A DNA stretch of 64,000 bases, from contig CAXXGO010000001.1 in NCBI GenBank assembly GCA_963666835.2, positions 960,001 to 1,024,000 of the forward strand. Direction: 5' to 3'. The translations under genes were made by a program, and so were the position numbers. Under the pieces are notes generated by a model, which worked only from the letters and a program-made list of their open reading frames with translations, was not told the origin of the DNA and ran no database searches. Below are positions 52,760 to 63,132 of the stretch, one piece after another; the first letter of the stretch is position 1, and each line of letters opens with the position of its first letter. The stretch comes from Phycisphaerae bacterium (GTDB taxonomy: Bacteria > Planctomycetota > Phycisphaerae > UBA1845).

Positions 52760-55258
52760 CTACTCTCCCGGCAACCCGGTCGGGCCGCTAGCCGGCGGCA
52801 TTGGCTCAGCGCTTTCCTCGGCCGCCAACTTACGAGTTGCGTGCTTGTCAGTGCCCGCGGCAGCTTTTCTCCAGTAGCTGCGGGCTCGATCTACCGCCAG
52901 CGCGAGCAAAGTGCTGTCCGGGTACCGGCCGTCGGCCCCCTGCACACCCGCCGGCATGCCGGTCAAGACCTCCAGAGCTTCGTGGATCGTTTTCACGGCG
53001 AAGATGTGGAACGATCCCTGACGACACGCCTCCACAACGTCTTCGCGGACCATCAGGTCACCGGCATTTGCCTCAGGTATGATTACCCCCTGCGTGCCGG
53101 TCATACTGCCATCGTGACAAGCGTCAAAGAAGCCCTCGATCTTCTCATTCACGCCCCCGATGGGCAGGATGTTGCCTACCTGGTCTATCGCTCCAGTCAT
53201 TGCAAGGTCCTGCCGGAGCGGGACGTTTGTCAGGGCACTGAGCAGGCAACATATTTCCGCCCCCGATGCTGAATCGCCGTCGATCCCGCCGTAGCTCTGC
53301 TCAAACGCGATTGACGCGTCGAAGGCCAACGGATGATCCGTTCGCAACAGCCAGCGCAGCAGCCCTCCGAGGATGTAGAAACCCTTGGTGTGAATGGCTC
53401 CGCTAAGCGCCGCTTCGCGCTCAATATTCAGTACACCTGCGCGACCAGGGCCGATGGTGGCGGTAATCCGCGCCGGGAATCCGTAGACTAACGGGCCGGC
53501 GTGCATGATCGCGAGCCCGTTGACCTGCCCGACGGCTTTGCCCTCCGTTTGGATCCGAATCGTACGTTTGGCCAGGAGCTCGCGGAACCGGCGGGCCGGG
53601 AGGTCGGCGCGCCGCTTGCTCCGGCGCACAGCATCGCGGACGTCGTCGGCGTTAACATTGGTGCGATGGGCCTTGCCCGCCAGGAACGACGCCTCGCGAG
53701 CGATGTCCGCCAGGCGACCGAACCTCGCGGTGAGCTTACCTTGTTCGGCGGCTATTCTCGCCCCATGTTCCACCAGCATCGCCACGGCCGTGCGGTCGAA
53801 TGGGTTCAGTTTTTCCTCGCCGGCGATGCGGGCCAGGACTCTGGCGTACTCGTGAATGCCCCGCTCATCTCTGGGAATAGTCGAGTCGAAATCCGCCAGG
53901 ACCTTGAACAGCTCTGAGAAGTCCGGGTCATAGGCATCCAGCAGGTAATACAGATTGAAGGCCCCGAGCAGAATGACCTTGACGTGCACATCGATGGGCT
54001 CAGGCTTCAGCGTGGGACTCGACCAGAACAGCATTCGTTCCTGAGGCGTGATCTCCAGACGTCCGGTTCGCAAGGTGCGTACCAGGACCCTCCAAGCACC
54101 CGGTTCGGTGAGCAGATCGCCTGCCTCTAAGATCAGGTACCCGCCGTCCGCACGAAGCAGGGAGCCGGCACGAATTCCCATGTGGGTCGAGTAAGCTTCT
54201 TCGTCACGCACGTATTCGTAGTCTATAGTGCCCAGGAGATTGCTGATTGAGGGGGTGTTCTGGACGATGATCGGGCACCCTGCGTTCTCCTGATGTGTAA
54301 GGACGACGTTCACCCGATAAAGCCTGGTGAACTCTACGGCCTTGTCCAGCATGACCAAGCGGTTGGTCACGACATCCTCGATGAGCTCGTTCAGAAACGT
54401 GCGAACCGGCGGTTGCTCGAAGTCCTTCTCGATACGATGTACCGATTGAATCAGTATTGACCGCGCTGATTTCTCCAGCAATTCCCGAACGGCCTCCTGG
54501 TACTTCTGTCGAATCTCGTTGGTCTTTTCCCCGATCTCGGATAGTTGTTTCTTAAACTGCTCGAAAGCTTCATGCACGGCCTGATGCTGGTCGTCAGGTA
54601 TCTTGCCCTGGGCATGTAACTGCTCGAATTCCTCAGGTGGAACGGGTTTGCCATCGACCAGCGGGAAGATCGCCGGCTGGGCTACGGGACCGGCCTGGAG
54701 CATCACTACGCTAAGGCCGGCGGCGCGCAAGGCTTCCTCAAAGGGCTTGGTAACACGCTCGAAATCACTTTGAGATGACCTCTCCAGAGCGGCTTGGCGC
54801 GCTTTGACGCCTTCCGAGGCCAGAGCAGCCGCAAGGTTGTCCCGAACAAACTCGATGACTTTGTCCACCCGCCGCCGAAACTCCTCCCCCTTGCCACGGG
54901 GCAGAGTGATGAGCCGTGGCCTATCGGGCTGGGCGAAGTCGTGCACATAACAGCGGTCCATCGCCAGTGGACATGTCGGTTTAATGTCCTCCATCATTCG
55001 CTTCAGTAAGGTCATTCGCCCCGTACCGGTAAGTCCTCGCACGAACACGTTCTGACCCGGAGCGTTCGTCTCAAGTCCAAACCGCAAGGCCTCGATGGCG
55101 TCGTCCTGACCCACGATGCCGACCATCGGCTCAACCTCCTTCGTTGAGCCGAATGGCAGGGCGGTGGGATCACAGCGCCATCGGACCGCTCCGGCCGGTA
55201 GTGGCCTCACGCGGTTCTGGTTCGATGCACCGATTGTCCCGTTCTCTGGTGTTGCCAT
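52760..55258 (-). CDS. Lon-like S16 protease, LonC type
   Basis: IVGQDDA, degenerate Walker A GLTGTGRMT, GSLLRADGGYL, GIDGDSAS (Ser), GGVNEKIEGF (Lys). Confidence 0.9.
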   Translation of the reverse strand: MATPENGTIGASNQNRVRPLPAGAVRWRCDPTALPFGSTKEVEPMVGIVGQDDAIEALRFGLETNAPGQNVFVRGLTGTGRMTLLKRMMEDIKPTCPLAMDRCYVHDFAQPDRPRLITLPRGKGEEFRRRVDKVIEFVRDNLAAALASEGVKARQAALERSSQSDFERVTKPFEEALRAAGLSVVMLQAGPVAQPAIFPLVDGKPVPPEEFEQLHAQGKIPDDQHQAVHEAFEQFKKQLSEIGEKTNEIRQKYQEAVRELLEKSARSILIQSVHRIEKDFEQPPVRTFLNELIEDVVTNRLVMLDKAVEFTRLYRVNVVLTHQENAGCPIIVQNTPSISNLLGTIDYEYVRDEEAYSTHMGIRAGSLLRADGGYLILEAGDLLTEPGAWRVLVRTLRTGRLEITPQERMLFWSSPTLKPEPIDVHVKVILLGAFNLYYLLDAYDPDFSELFKVLADFDSTIPRDERGIHEYARVLARIAGEEKLNPFDRTAVAMLVEHGARIAAEQGKLTARFGRLADIAREASFLAGKAHRTNVNADDVRDAVRRSKRRADLPARRFRELLAKRTIRIQTEGKAVGQVNGLAIMHAGPLVYGFPARITATIGPGRAGVLNIEREAALSGAIHTKGFYILGGLLRWLLRTDHPLAFDASIAFEQSYGGIDGDSASGAEICCLLSALTNVPLRQDLAMTGAIDQVGNILPIGGVNEKIEGFFDACHDGSMTGTQGVIIPEANAGDLMVREDVVEACRQGSFHIFAVKTIHEALEVLTGMPAGVQGADGRYPDSTLLALAVDRARSYWRKAAAGTDKHATRKLAAEESAEPMPPASGPTGLPGE

Positions 55259-55588
55259 GAGAGCATCCTCCTTAAGACGCCTGTCTTTGTGGGGCCACCA
55301 TGAGCCGCCTGGTATTCCCAATGTAACACCGCCGAGCAGATTAGCGAAGGCCTAGAGCGGGCTTTGCGGACTGTAAATGGCTCGGATTCCGGGAAGCGCG
55401 GCACGATTTTGCCGAAAGAGCTTCCGCGCCGCGCATTTAGGTCGCCCCGACGTGGCCGAATTCCTTGTGCCCTACGGTCTCGCTCACGCGGACCCGCCAG
55501 TTCGTGCCGGCGATGTCGTTCGCAGTCAGGTGTGCAGATGGCTTGATATCGTTGACCCATCGTGGCCCGAGAGCGTTTCCGCACCCCC

Positions 55589-55616
55589 TTGCCACCGATC
55601 GCGGATGACCTATGCT
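55589..55616 (+). promoter_or_regulatory. Putative sigma70 promoter of sodB
   Basis: TTGCCA-16 nt-TATGCT upstream of AAAGGA RBS. Confidence 0.4.
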
Positions 55617-55673
55617 GCCACCTTGCTCGGATTGTCGTCTCCAGAATCAGTGACTCGTTGAAAGGAACCACCG

Positions 55674-56264
55674 ATGTCTTTCACCCTCCCCGATCTTCCG
55701 TACGAAAAGAGCGCCCTTGAGCCACACATCAGCGCGGAGACGCTCGAGTTTCATCATGGCAAGCACCACAATGCCTACGTCACGAACTTGAACAAGCTGA
55801 TCACCGGGACGCCGCACGAGCAGAAGCCGCTGGAGGACATTATCAGTGCCAGCGAGGGGGGCATATTCAACAACGCTGCGCAAGTGTGGAACCACACGTT
55901 CTACTGGAACAGCCTCAGGCCAGGTGGCGGCGGTAAACCAACGGGCCCACTGGGCGACGCGATCAAGCGCGACTTCGGCTCGTTCGCCAAGTTCAAGGAG
56001 GCGTTTGCGGAAGCTGCTGCCACGCAATTCGGATCCGGTTGGGCCTGGCTAGTCTTGGATGGTGGCAAACTGCAGGTGACGAAGACAGCCAACGCAGACC
56101 TGCCGATGAAGCACGGGCAGACCGCCTTGCTCACCATCGATGTGTGGGAACATGCCTACTACGTCGATTACCGAAACGCTCGGCCGCAGTATATCGATGC
56201 CGTGATCACAAACTTGCTTAACTGGAATTCCGCGGCCAGCAACTTCGAAAGAGCAAGCGCCTAA
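55674..56264 (+). CDS. sodB: Superoxide dismutase [Fe]
   Basis: HHGKHH, FNNAAQVWNH, QFGSGWAWL, DVWEHAYY. Confidence 0.95.
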   Translation: MSFTLPDLPYEKSALEPHISAETLEFHHGKHHNAYVTNLNKLITGTPHEQKPLEDIISASEGGIFNNAAQVWNHTFYWNSLRPGGGGKPTGPLGDAIKRDFGSFAKFKEAFAEAAATQFGSGWAWLVLDGGKLQVTKTANADLPMKHGQTALLTIDVWEHAYYVDYRNARPQYIDAVITNLLNWNSAASNFERASA

Positions 56265-56424
56265 CGCCGTATCGAGACTGTTGATGACGGAGTAGTGTTG
56301 CTATCTCTTGCCATCAAAAGGGCATGCGGCGACTAAGTACACCGACATGATGGAGACCGGCACGTCGACATGCGCCCTCGGGCGCGATGAAAGGCGTGTG
56401 CCCGCTACTCTCACCCCTTTGGGG

Positions 56425-56760
56425 CTAGTCCAGGCTCATCCGCCGGCGGTCTACCTTCATCGTTCGAGTATCGAAACCGACGTAAGGGCCCTCGCTACCA
56501 CGTTTCGAGTAGTACCATTGCGTACTGACCTGCGTTACCTTGATGTCAACCGGTTCGTCCAAGATCGACAGGATCTCAGCCGGATCCATGCCGTTCTTGA
56601 TTTGCTGCCATCCGATCGTGTATCCAGGCTCCGGTCGTTCGCTTTCCGCCTGTGCCCCCTCGTCGTAGCGAGGTCCAGCCTGCTGGCACGCCCCGATCAG
56701 CATCGCACCGACGCATAACCCACAAATACGTTGCCCTGTGAGTTTGCACGCTGTCGACAT
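56425..56760 (-). CDS. Small lipoprotein, SmpA/BamE-like fold
   Basis: LIGAC lipobox; QIKNGMDPAEILSILDEP, QWYY. Confidence 0.65.
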   Translation of the reverse strand: MSTACKLTGQRICGLCVGAMLIGACQQAGPRYDEGAQAESERPEPGYTIGWQQIKNGMDPAEILSILDEPVDIKVTQVSTQWYYSKRGSEGPYVGFDTRTMKVDRRRMSLD

Positions 56761-56818
56761 GACTAAGTGAAGTGCTCACAACCTCTGAAGGTGGATCGGC
56801 AGCCCTACCGCGGCGAAT

Positions 56819-58060
56819 TCAGACTCTGAAGATATTCTCAATTGCGCTACGTAGCTTCTGTTTGAAAGTTGTTCCTGTCTTTCTTGTCTTTCCGAGTAGC
56901 TCCCGGGCCCATAAGAACTCCGTGCCCAGTATAGCCAAGCCGGCCGGGATTATGATAATTGCCGGCCCCGGCAGAACTACCATCGCAATCCCGACAATCA
57001 GTACGCTTGCGCCAGTTAGAACAACTACGATACGACGAGCCTGCTTCCAGGAGTATTCAGCCAAGTTCTCCAGATCGTCTGCTATCGGTGACACAAGGGC
57101 GGCGCTGTCCCGATGACCCGCCAGGATTGACGCCAGGACTCCGACGCCGAGTATTCCGCCGATAATGCTCAGCGAGACTATCGTCGGTATTGGATAGTGG
57201 TGGGCCAGCAGCATCTTCACTCCGACGAAAGCGAGAAGGAACACGAGACTGGTCTTCAGGTACCGAAACCTGTCCATAACGCCGGCGAGCACGAAGTAGA
57301 GAGATCTTAGGCCCAGGATCGCGAACACGTTCGAGGTGAACACGAGGAACGGATCCCGCGTGACGGCGAAAATGGCGGGGATTGAGTCCACCGCGAACAG
57401 AACGTCGGTGCTTTCTACGACCAGCAGTACAAGCAGCAACGGTGTGACCGCACGCTGCCCGCCGATTCGCGTGAAGAATCTCTGTCCGTCCAGTCCAGTG
57501 CTAACCGGGTACATTCTCCGCGCCAGCCGGACCAGCGGGTTTCGGTCAGGCTCCAGGTTGTCGTGACGGACCACAAGAAGCTTGACCGCTGTGGCGATCA
57601 GCAAAGCACCAAAGACATAGGTGATCCACGCGAAGCGGTGAATAAGTACCGTGCCGGCCGCGATCATGCCCCCGCGCATGACCAGGGCCCCGAGGATGCC
57701 CCAGAAGAGCACGCGGTGCTGATAAGTGGCTGGAATGCGAAAATAGGAGAAGATCAAGGCGATGACGAAGATGTTGTCCAGGCTGAGCGACTTTTCCACC
57801 ACGTAACCGGTGAAGAACTGAAGCGCAGCTTGTCCGCCGGTGAGCTCGTAGCCGATCGCTTGGCCTACGCCCAGGACGTGATGCTCATACATCCAGTAGA
57901 CGCCGGCATTGAACAGCATGGCGAGGATCACCCATACCGTCGTCCACACCGCTGCCTCAGAAACGGTTAGGGCGTGGGTCTTGCGGTGAAAGACGCCGAG
58001 GTCCAGGGCCAGCAACGCCAGCACAAAGGCCACAAAGCCGACCCATAGCCAAATGGTCAC
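56819..58060 (-). CDS. TerC/Alx-family membrane protein with C-terminal PGPGW-like domain
   Basis: LALDLG, EKSLSLDNIFV, TDVLFAVDSIPA, TSNVFAILGLR; tail LPGPAIIIIPAGLAILGTEF. Confidence 0.92.
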   Translation of the reverse strand: MTIWLWVGFVAFVLALLALDLGVFHRKTHALTVSEAAVWTTVWVILAMLFNAGVYWMYEHHVLGVGQAIGYELTGGQAALQFFTGYVVEKSLSLDNIFVIALIFSYFRIPATYQHRVLFWGILGALVMRGGMIAAGTVLIHRFAWITYVFGALLIATAVKLLVVRHDNLEPDRNPLVRLARRMYPVSTGLDGQRFFTRIGGQRAVTPLLLVLLVVESTDVLFAVDSIPAIFAVTRDPFLVFTSNVFAILGLRSLYFVLAGVMDRFRYLKTSLVFLLAFVGVKMLLAHHYPIPTIVSLSIIGGILGVGVLASILAGHRDSAALVSPIADDLENLAEYSWKQARRIVVVLTGASVLIVGIAMVVLPGPAIIIIPAGLAILGTEFLWARELLGKTRKTGTTFKQKLRSAIENIFRV

Positions 58061-58411
58061 CTGTTGTGCCTCCCTGTCGCAACCTTCGATTACGCTCTGC
58101 TCGCTGGGGCGCCCAGTTTATTCCTACCGGTGTCCAATCGAGCGGCCCCACCTGAGCAACGCCGATCGAAAGCCGGTTGGGCCTTTTGTCGGTTGCGCCG
58201 CGCAGTGGGCTCGAACTGGTGCCGCGACCCGCGGCGGCCAGTGCAGACAATCGCTAGCCCGATTGAGAGATCTCCCCGCACGCCCGTTACGTCAGCCGCG
58301 CCCACATATCGCTGGCCGTCGTGACTCGACAAACCGGGTTCGGGCAGGCATTATATAGCGTCTCGGGTGGATCGACACAGGTACTCAAACGGCCGAGCAG
58401 GAGATTGAACG

Positions 58412-59536
58412 GTGTCTGACCAACTGAGCCGTGCCCAGTTTCCGGATGACGAAAGCAGCAGCGACCTTCAAATGCCCCTGCTTGATGGCGCCACTGCGCA
58501 GGCAGCACCCATTTCGGCCGATCTCGATACGCAGCGAGTCAGGGCGGCCGACCCAGGCCAGCCGCTTTCGGATCGCCTCGAGGCGTACGAAGACATCATA
58601 GACTCCGAGGTCGGCGATACTCGCCTGGCGCGCGCCCGCAACGTGGAACGGGAAGTGGGCCTGCGGCAGATCTACCTGAAGTTCGAAGGGGGCAATCCGT
58701 CCGGGACGCAAAAAGACCGCATTGCATTCGCTCAGACTATGGACGCCGTACGCCGCGGATTCGATGCCATCACGGTGGCGACTTGCGGAAACTACGGCGT
58801 AGCCATTGCCCTGGCTGCGTCGCTGGCGGGGGTCAGATGCGTTCTCTACATTCCTGACGGCTACCGGACGCGTCGCTTCAGGGAGCTTGAGGCCTTGGGG
58901 GCCGAGATCGTCCGGGCGCGAGGCGATTACGAGAGCGCCGTCCTGGAATCACGACAACGGGCCGAGCGTGAGGAGCTGTATGACGCCAACCCCGGCGGCG
59001 CTAACACCGATTTGCAGTTGCGTGCGTATGGTGAGATAGCCCACGAGATTTATGACGAGCTGCGCGACGCCCCGGCTGCGGTAGCCGTTCCCGTCTCCAA
59101 TGGTACGACGCTGGCCGGCATCTACCGGGGCTTCGTCAGCTTGTATCGACGCGGCAAGACGTCGCGCATACCGCGCATGGTAGCGGGCTCGTCGTTCGGC
59201 AAGAACCCCATTATTACCTCGTTTCTGAAGAACGCCGCCAAGTGTACGGACCTGGCGCCCGAACGCATCCGGGAAACCCGGGTCAACGAACCTCTGATCA
59301 ACTGGCACTCGATTGATGGGGACCTTGCGCTGGAGGCGGTTCGGGCCAGCAATGGCTGGGCCGCCAATGCCAGCGACAAGGTGATGCTCAGTTTCTCGAA
59401 GACCTTGCGTGAGCGGGAGGGGCTTAGCGTGTTGCCGGCTTCGACGGCCGGATTGAGCGTGCTGGTCGGGCGACATCAGAAAGAGCCTCTGCCCGGTGAC
59501 CGGTACGTCGTGGTCCTAACCGGAAAGAAATCATGA
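58412..59536 (+). CDS. Fold-type II PLP enzyme, threonine-synthase-like
   Basis: KFEGGNPSGTQKDR, ATCGNYG, PVSNGTT, VLTG. Confidence 0.88.
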   Translation: MSDQLSRAQFPDDESSSDLQMPLLDGATAQAAPISADLDTQRVRAADPGQPLSDRLEAYEDIIDSEVGDTRLARARNVEREVGLRQIYLKFEGGNPSGTQKDRIAFAQTMDAVRRGFDAITVATCGNYGVAIALAASLAGVRCVLYIPDGYRTRRFRELEALGAEIVRARGDYESAVLESRQRAEREELYDANPGGANTDLQLRAYGEIAHEIYDELRDAPAAVAVPVSNGTTLAGIYRGFVSLYRRGKTSRIPRMVAGSSFGKNPIITSFLKNAAKCTDLAPERIRETRVNEPLINWHSIDGDLALEAVRASNGWAANASDKVMLSFSKTLREREGLSVLPASTAGLSVLVGRHQKEPLPGDRYVVVLTGKKS

Positions 59537-60618
59537 CCCAGTTCCCGGAAGGCAATGCGATCGTCTATTGTGAGGGGGCGTTCGGAACCACAAATGGCAA
59601 GACAGCTCACGGGTTGGTTCGGCGCACTGAGCGCTACCGGTTGTTGAGCGTCGTGGACTCCAGACGCGCGGGCGCCGATGCCGGTGAGCTCCTGGACGGG
59701 CGGCACAACGGACTCCCGATCGCGCCCGACATATCGGGTGCCGTGGAGTCAGCCAAGAAGAACGGTCATCGGGCGACGCACTTGGTGATCGGTCTGGCAC
59801 CCGACGGGGGCCGGCTCTCGCTCGAAGCCCATAACGATGTCATGGCCGCGATAAGGCTCGGGCTGAACGTCGATTGCGGCCTGCACGACTTCCTGACGGA
59901 GGACCCCATCATGAGCGAGCTTGCCCGGGCCCATGGGGTGACCCTTCGGGACGTGCGCAAGACGCCGCCGCGAAGCGAACTTCACTTCTTCAGCGGCAGA
60001 ATCGAGCAGGTGCGATCGTTGAAGGTTGCTATGCTGGGGACGGATTCGGCTGTTGGTAAGCGTACGACGGCCTGGAGGATCATCGACGGTCTGCGCGAGG
60101 CGGGCTATACGGCCGAACTCGTGGGCACGGGCCAGACGGCTTGGATGCAGGGAGCGCGATACTCGATCATCATGGATTCGCTCATCAACGATTTCGTGGC
60201 CGGCGAGATCGAGCACGCCGTCTGGAGTGCGTGGGACGATGTGCATCCGGACGTGATCGTGATTGAAGGCCAGGGCAGCTTGATGAACCCGGCCTACCCC
60301 GGTGGCTACGAGATCCTCGCAGCGGGTCGACCGGACGTGGTGATCATGCAGCACGCCCCGGCACGGAAAGAGTACGACGGATTCCCCGGTTATCCCATGC
60401 ACCCGATCGAGAAGCAGATTCAAGCGATTGAGCTGATCTCCGAGAAACCGGTCGTGGCGATCACTGTCAACCATGAGAACTTGAATGACACGGAGTTGCG
60501 TAGGGCATGCGTGGAGCTGCATGACCGTACCGGCCTTCCGGCGTGCGACGTATTGAAGGAGGGGCCTTCTGCAATCGTGGAAGTGCTTAAGTCGCGGCTG
60601 AGGAAAGAGGCAACGTGA
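59533..60618 (+). CDS. DUF1611 (DgcN-like) protein
   Basis: GKTAHGLVR, GLHDFL, GTDSAVGKRTT, TGQT, DFVAGEIE, EGQGSL; ATGA overlap with upstream gene. Confidence 0.9.
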   Translation: MTQFPEGNAIVYCEGAFGTTNGKTAHGLVRRTERYRLLSVVDSRRAGADAGELLDGRHNGLPIAPDISGAVESAKKNGHRATHLVIGLAPDGGRLSLEAHNDVMAAIRLGLNVDCGLHDFLTEDPIMSELARAHGVTLRDVRKTPPRSELHFFSGRIEQVRSLKVAMLGTDSAVGKRTTAWRIIDGLREAGYTAELVGTGQTAWMQGARYSIIMDSLINDFVAGEIEHAVWSAWDDVHPDVIVIEGQGSLMNPAYPGGYEILAAGRPDVVIMQHAPARKEYDGFPGYPMHPIEKQIQAIELISEKPVVAITVNHENLNDTELRRACVELHDRTGLPACDVLKEGPSAIVEVLKSRLRKEAT

Positions 60619-63122
60619 TGGCACGATCTTCCGACAGAACCCGTAAGGATTCGAGTGGACGTGCCCCCGGGCAGCGGCCTGCATCATCCGATCCCGCTGA
60701 TCCTCTGGCCCCGCTGCGGGTATTGGAACGACTCGAGGTCGGTCCCGTGCGGGTGCAGGCCAACCGGCTCACCGCCCCGTACGTCGTTGTGCGCAACGGA
60801 ACCGAGGAACGCACCGAGTTGGCTTATCGCTGGCAGGAGAATGTGTTCGCGCCCAACGATGCGGCATCGAAGAACCTGGCGGCGATGGTGGCCGCGCAGG
60901 TCGCGTTGAACTACGGGCTCTTCTGCGACGAGATTGTATTTCACGGCGCGTATGACTCTGCGGACCGGCGGTTTCTGAAAGACATGGCAGAGAACACGGC
61001 CCGCGAGATCTACGTAAAGAAGTTTCTTGAACCGAATCCGTTCCTGGTGGGACCGGCAACCGAGCTTCCAACGGTGAAGCGCGAGCGATATTTGCACGCC
61101 AAGCTGGTCTTCCCGGACATCGAGGAAGATCCGAACACGGGCAATCCGGGCAGTCCGGGGTTGCTCTTCGCCCCCGGGGACCGCGCGCGGCACCTCATCC
61201 TGTCAAGCGGCGGTAAGGACAGCCTGCTCACTTTCGGCCTGCTGCGCGAGCTGGGCTTTGAGACGCATCCCGTCTTCATCAACGAGTCCGGCCGACATTG
61301 GTTTACCGCGCTGAATGCGTACCGACACTTCGATCCCCAGGTACCGAACACGGCACGCGTGTGGACAAACGCTGACCGAGTTTTCTCGTGGATGTTGCGG
61401 CATTTCCCGTTCATTCGGTCTGACTTCCAGAGTCTCCGCTCCGACGAGTACCCGATACGACTCTGGACGGTAGCCGTCTTCTTGTTTGGGGCGCTCCCTC
61501 TGGCACTTAAGCGCGGAGTCGGCCGAGTCATCATCGGGGATGAGTACGACGCCACCGAGCGGACCAGCTTCAAGGGGATAACGTACTACAATGGCGTGTA
61601 CGACCAGAGCCGGTACTTCGACAACGCGCTTTCGCGATACTACGCGCGCAAGCGTTGGGCCGTCTCCCAGTTCTCACTCCTGCGGCCGCTGTCGGAGCTG
61701 TTGATCGAGAAGATGCTTGTGGAACGCTATCCGGACCTGCTGCAGTTGCAGGTATCGTGCCACGCCGCCCACAAGGAGGAGGGCCGCGTTCGTCCATGCG
61801 GCAAGTGTGAGAAATGCCGTCGGATTGTCGGGATGATTATGGCTCTGGGAGGCGACCCGGCCGCATGCGGCTACCCCAAGGACCGTGTCACCGAATGCCT
61901 CACCGCCCTCGCCGCCAAAGGGGTACATCAGGAGAAGGACGGGGTAGAACACCTGATGTACATGTTGCGCGAGCGCGGTCTGCTTAGCGTCTCCAATCGT
62001 ATGACGCAATCGCCGAGGCCGCATCCGGAGATCATGCAATTGCGCTTCGATGCTGAACGCTCACCGGAGAATTGGATCCCCGGTGATCTGCGGGCCCATC
62101 TGCTGCCGATTTTCCTTGAGCACGCTCAGGGTAGCGTGCGGCGCAGCGGGAAGGTGTGGGTCGAGTTCGACGCCCGGACCGACCCGGCGATGGCCGCTGC
62201 ATACCCATTCGAGAAGACCTCGGCGGGCACGGCATCGGATGCTGAAACCCTGCAGCGCCCCGGCCGATCGAGAGCGCTGTCCCAAGCGGCCGGCGAATCG
62301 GTGAAGGGCCCATCCGCGGGACCGCTTGACGGGAAGCGGCGTTCCTTCATCTGGGGCGAGCTGACTTGGCCCGAGGCTCAGGCGCGCTTGAAGGAAGTGG
62401 ACGTGGCCATGCTCCCTGTGGGGGCTATTGAGCAACATGGTCCGCACCTTCCACTGGACACGGATGCGTTCGATGCGCTATACCTGGCTAAGCAGGTAGC
62501 CGCTGCCTGCCGGGATCCAAAGCCGTTTGTGCTACCCCTCATTCCGTACGGCGTGTCTTATCACCACGATGATTTTGCCGGTACGCTCAGCGTAAGCAAC
62601 GACGCCATTGCCACGATTGCGTACGATATAGGCATCAGCGCCGCCCGTAACGGTATTACCAAGCTCATCATCATTAACGGGCACGGAGGCAACGCTGCCA
62701 GTCTCCACTTCGCCGCTCAGATGATAAACCGCGACGCACGCATCTTCACGTGTGTGGACACCGGTGAGACCAGTGACGCGGACATCGAGGGAATGGCCAA
62801 TACTCGCAGTGATATTCATGCCGGTGAGATTGAAACCAGCACAACACTGGCTACCCGCCCGGAACTGGTGCAGATGGACAAGGCCCGTAAGTACGTGCCG
62901 CGTTTCTCGAGCAGCTATCTGGATTTCAGTTCCAAGCGAAGCATTGACTGGTATGCCCGGACCGCCAAGATCTCGCGCAGTGGCGTGATGGGTGATCCGT
63001 CCAGGGCCAGCAAGGAAAAGGGCGAGCGGATGTGGGCGGTCATGATCAAGAACCTCGTCGAGTTCGTCGAGCACCTCAAGAGCATGAGTCTCGACGAGAT
63101 CCACCAGCGCAACCGCTACTAG
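60615..63122 (+). CDS. PP-loop (QueC/MurL-like) ATPase with Cys cluster fused to creatininase-family amidohydrolase
   Basis: SSGGKDS; SCH...PCGKCEKC; C-terminal ELTWPE, GAIEQHGPHLPLDTD, NGHGGN, HAGEIETS, GVMGDP. Confidence 0.85.
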   Translation: MMARSSDRTRKDSSGRAPGQRPASSDPADPLAPLRVLERLEVGPVRVQANRLTAPYVVVRNGTEERTELAYRWQENVFAPNDAASKNLAAMVAAQVALNYGLFCDEIVFHGAYDSADRRFLKDMAENTAREIYVKKFLEPNPFLVGPATELPTVKRERYLHAKLVFPDIEEDPNTGNPGSPGLLFAPGDRARHLILSSGGKDSLLTFGLLRELGFETHPVFINESGRHWFTALNAYRHFDPQVPNTARVWTNADRVFSWMLRHFPFIRSDFQSLRSDEYPIRLWTVAVFLFGALPLALKRGVGRVIIGDEYDATERTSFKGITYYNGVYDQSRYFDNALSRYYARKRWAVSQFSLLRPLSELLIEKMLVERYPDLLQLQVSCHAAHKEEGRVRPCGKCEKCRRIVGMIMALGGDPAACGYPKDRVTECLTALAAKGVHQEKDGVEHLMYMLRERGLLSVSNRMTQSPRPHPEIMQLRFDAERSPENWIPGDLRAHLLPIFLEHAQGSVRRSGKVWVEFDARTDPAMAAAYPFEKTSAGTASDAETLQRPGRSRALSQAAGESVKGPSAGPLDGKRRSFIWGELTWPEAQARLKEVDVAMLPVGAIEQHGPHLPLDTDAFDALYLAKQVAAACRDPKPFVLPLIPYGVSYHHDDFAGTLSVSNDAIATIAYDIGISAARNGITKLIIINGHGGNAASLHFAAQMINRDARIFTCVDTGETSDADIEGMANTRSDIHAGEIETSTTLATRPELVQMDKARKYVPRFSSSYLDFSSKRSIDWYARTAKISRSGVMGDPSRASKEKGERMWAVMIKNLVEFVEHLKSMSLDEIHQRNRY

Positions 63123-63132
63123 GGTTATCACC

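Noticed and set aside
55320..55481. Box-like sequences upstream of the lon-like gene and sodB (e.g. TGCCCTACGGTCTC)
   Set aside because: Single boxes without the conserved partner and -10 spacing
58061..58400. yybP-ykoY Mn riboswitch before terC
   Set aside because: Expected from context, but I could not recognise its conserved sequence; needs an Infernal scan
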